The notes beneath the pieces are model-generated. The model made no database searches. It saw nothing but the letters and a program-made list of their open reading frames with translations, and was not told where the DNA came from. 64,000 nucleotides of DNA, from contig CAVPOM010000003.1 in NCBI GenBank assembly GCA_963707025.1, positions 96,001 to 160,000 of the forward strand, read 5' to 3'. The stretch comes from an uncultured Verrucomicrobiae bacterium (GTDB lineage Bacteria; Verrucomicrobiota; Verrucomicrobiia; Limisphaerales; Palsa-1400). The translations under genes and the position numbers were made by a program. The number at the start of each line of letters is the position of its first letter. Within the stretch, counting starts at the first letter, position 1. Below, piece by piece: positions 62,232 through 64,000 of this stretch.

Positions 62232-63017
62232 TTACTTGATCCACTGCGGCCGGCCCAGAATTGCGGCGAAATCTTTGTCCCAAAGGTAGTCCCACAGGGC
62301 GGCAGGCCCATCCAGGGAATGGGCGCGTTGAAAACGGAGCAACATCCAGGCGCCGCCGCGATAGCGGTCGTCGGGGTGAGCCTCTTGCAGCGACTGACTC
62401 CAGCGCCGCGCCGCCTCCGGCATGCCCATGTTCAAAAGCAGGCAATAGCGCTCGTAATCGCACATGCCTTCGCCCCAAACCTGTTTGACGCGCTGAAATG
62501 CCGGATGCTCATGCCAGAAGTCGTGGCTTAATTCGTGGGCCAGCCAGCCGAACCAATCCTCGCTGCCGGCGGGTGGGTTTTTCAGGTCTCTCAGGCCGAT
62601 GCTGGGCCGCTTGCCGCCAAAGTCAAAATCGCCAGACCCGTTGTGGATGAAGATGAGCCGGATGTTCTCGCCATTGCGCCGGGCATAATGTTCGTTTGGG
62701 TCGAAGCGCGTCCAGCGCGCGCTAAAGCGGAAGGCCGTCTCCAGCCAGTCCGCCATTTCCTCCGGGTTGTGGACCTGCGACTCCGCGTACCACTGAGGTT
62801 TGAGATTATCGGGCCAGACCAGAACGATGTGCTCCCGCATAATGACCGCGGCCGGTTCGCGCGCCGTCGCCGCCACGGCTTGCTCCCTGGGGCCAAGCCG
62901 GTCGCTGGCGGGGCTGGCTGCGGCCGAACAGGACAGGACGGCGAATCCGAGCCATGCGACAACCCGAAGCGGGGCCTGCCAAATCGGTTCTGGTGCGAGG
63001 GTGCCGGTCATGATCAA
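62232..63017 (-). CDS. Secreted hypothetical protein with a gluzincin-like motif
   Basis: Signal-like N-terminus; AHELSH followed by WGEGMCDY. Confidence 0.6.
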   Translation of the reverse strand: MIMTGTLAPEPIWQAPLRVVAWLGFAVLSCSAAASPASDRLGPREQAVAATAREPAAVIMREHIVLVWPDNLKPQWYAESQVHNPEEMADWLETAFRFSARWTRFDPNEHYARRNGENIRLIFIHNGSGDFDFGGKRPSIGLRDLKNPPAGSEDWFGWLAHELSHDFWHEHPAFQRVKQVWGEGMCDYERYCLLLNMGMPEAARRWSQSLQEAHPDDRYRGGAWMLLRFQRAHSLDGPAALWDYLWDKDFAAILGRPQWIK

Positions 63018-63323
63018 TAAAACTTGCCCTTAAATTACAACCGCCGGTTCACCTGCTGAAACACAAAAATCCAATCCCGCCGGGCGGCCTTCGTCCCATC
63101 CATCTGCATTTTCAAACCGGCCACTCCGGGGTGCTTTATTCACATCAGGCTTCTTGATGCAAGCAAGGGGCTTTTCAATTTCTTCATCTCTGCTGCCGCA
63201 GCATAATCTCCTTCGGTTTCAATGGCTCGATGCGGCTCCACCAAACTGCTCAGCGACGCGCCTGCGATGGCTCCTCATTGGCCCGTTGTCAGAAACTCGA
63301 CCATCAAGTTCTGACAAACGCGG

Positions 63324-63764
63324 CTACAGCAAATCGGGATGATGCTTTTTCAGCCACGCATCAACTTCAAGGGAAAGACCTGTGGCGTGAAAAAGAAGTT
63401 CCTCCGCCTCGGTATTGCTGACGACATTGGCCTGCTCGTAAAGAAAATGGTTCCGCTTTCTGCGACAGGCATCAAAATAAACAGCCTTTTTGGCGAAGGC
63501 CGGATCAGCCGCTTTCAGGGCTAAAAAAGTATTGTAATGCCCGCCACCGTCGCTTTTGACCCGGTATCCGCTGGCGCGAACAACGATGTTGGCGAGGATT
63601 CTGGCGGCGTCATAGGCGTGGCCAAAGCGCCCATCGTCGGACAGTTTCCTGATTTGCGCGTCGGCGAGATTTCGGTGGACGACCGCCCGCAAGTCCTTAA
63701 TCTCGGCGCGGCTTGCCGGCTCCGCCGTCACGCGATTCTCGGCCAGCAATTGTTTCCAAGTCAC
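63324..63764 (-). CDS. HEPN-like protein (partner of MNT)
   Basis: AYDAA...GYR...GGH...RRKRNHFLY helical HEPN-like pattern; lies downstream of a nucleotidyltransferase. Confidence 0.7.
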   Translation of the reverse strand: MTWKQLLAENRVTAEPASRAEIKDLRAVVHRNLADAQIRKLSDDGRFGHAYDAARILANIVVRASGYRVKSDGGGHYNTFLALKAADPAFAKKAVYFDACRRKRNHFLYEQANVVSNTEAEELLFHATGLSLEVDAWLKKHHPDLL

Positions 63765-64000
63765 TCTTCATTCCTAAAACAAAAAGCAGCGGCTTGCCAA
63801 TCACAGACTGCAGAAAATGGCTGGTGCGGGCTTTTTGCGAGAATTCCCCCGGGGTGTAGAGGGTCGGGTTTATCTGCCGCCGCAATTTCCCTGTGGCCTC
63901 TTGCAGCAGGGGAACCAATTCGATCATGGTGACGGAACCGATGATGAGCAAATCAATGTCGCTGCCGGACGTTTCCGTGCCGCTGGCAATCGAGCCATAA
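63697..64000 (-). CDS. Minimal nucleotidyltransferase (MNT) protein, 5'-truncated by the window edge
   Basis: YGSIASG.E...SDIDLLIIG...L.RQINP..Y...EF. Confidence 0.8.
   Translation of the reverse strand, partial: YGSIASGTETSGSDIDLLIIGSVTMIELVPLLQEATGKLRRQINPTLYTPGEFSQKARTSHFLQSVIGKPLLFVLGMKSDLETIAGRESRDGGAGKPRRD

Overview
GC-rich chromosomal segment that looks like a Verrucomicrobiota (Pedosphaera/Limisphaera-like) genome; this is inferred from the H-X9-DG prepilin-type proteins, a giant PATR-repeat protein ending in FYRL and a TAFTYQG-type secreted fibre protein. Housekeeping content: dnaK-groES-groEL behind a sigma54/IHF promoter, pgi-mnmG with a perfect parS site inside mnmG (probably origin-proximal), speA, mqnC, fucI, a KamA-family enzyme and sugar-modification genes. 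Accessory content: five toxin-antitoxin-like modules, a group II intron whose EBS1 matches a tandem 10-mer at its insertion site, a dead IS200/RAYT-like transposase with REP-like inverted repeats, several REP/palindrome families, a 29-copy heptamer array, a modular fibre-like protein with a low-GC partner, and a sensor kinase/regulator + 3048-aa PATR protein + prepilin + fucose isomerase locus. Best candidates for undescribed systems: (1) a retropepsin-fused putative antitoxin paired with an AbiEii-like nucleotidyltransferase between dnaK and groES; (2) a beta-propeller/HemN-like radical SAM/chorismate-lyase-like/halogenase-like cluster; (3) the prepilin-PATR-fucose locus. Five single-base frameshifts may be sequencing errors. 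No rRNA, tRNA or CRISPR array was recognised. Family assignments come from motif recognition by eye, not database searches.
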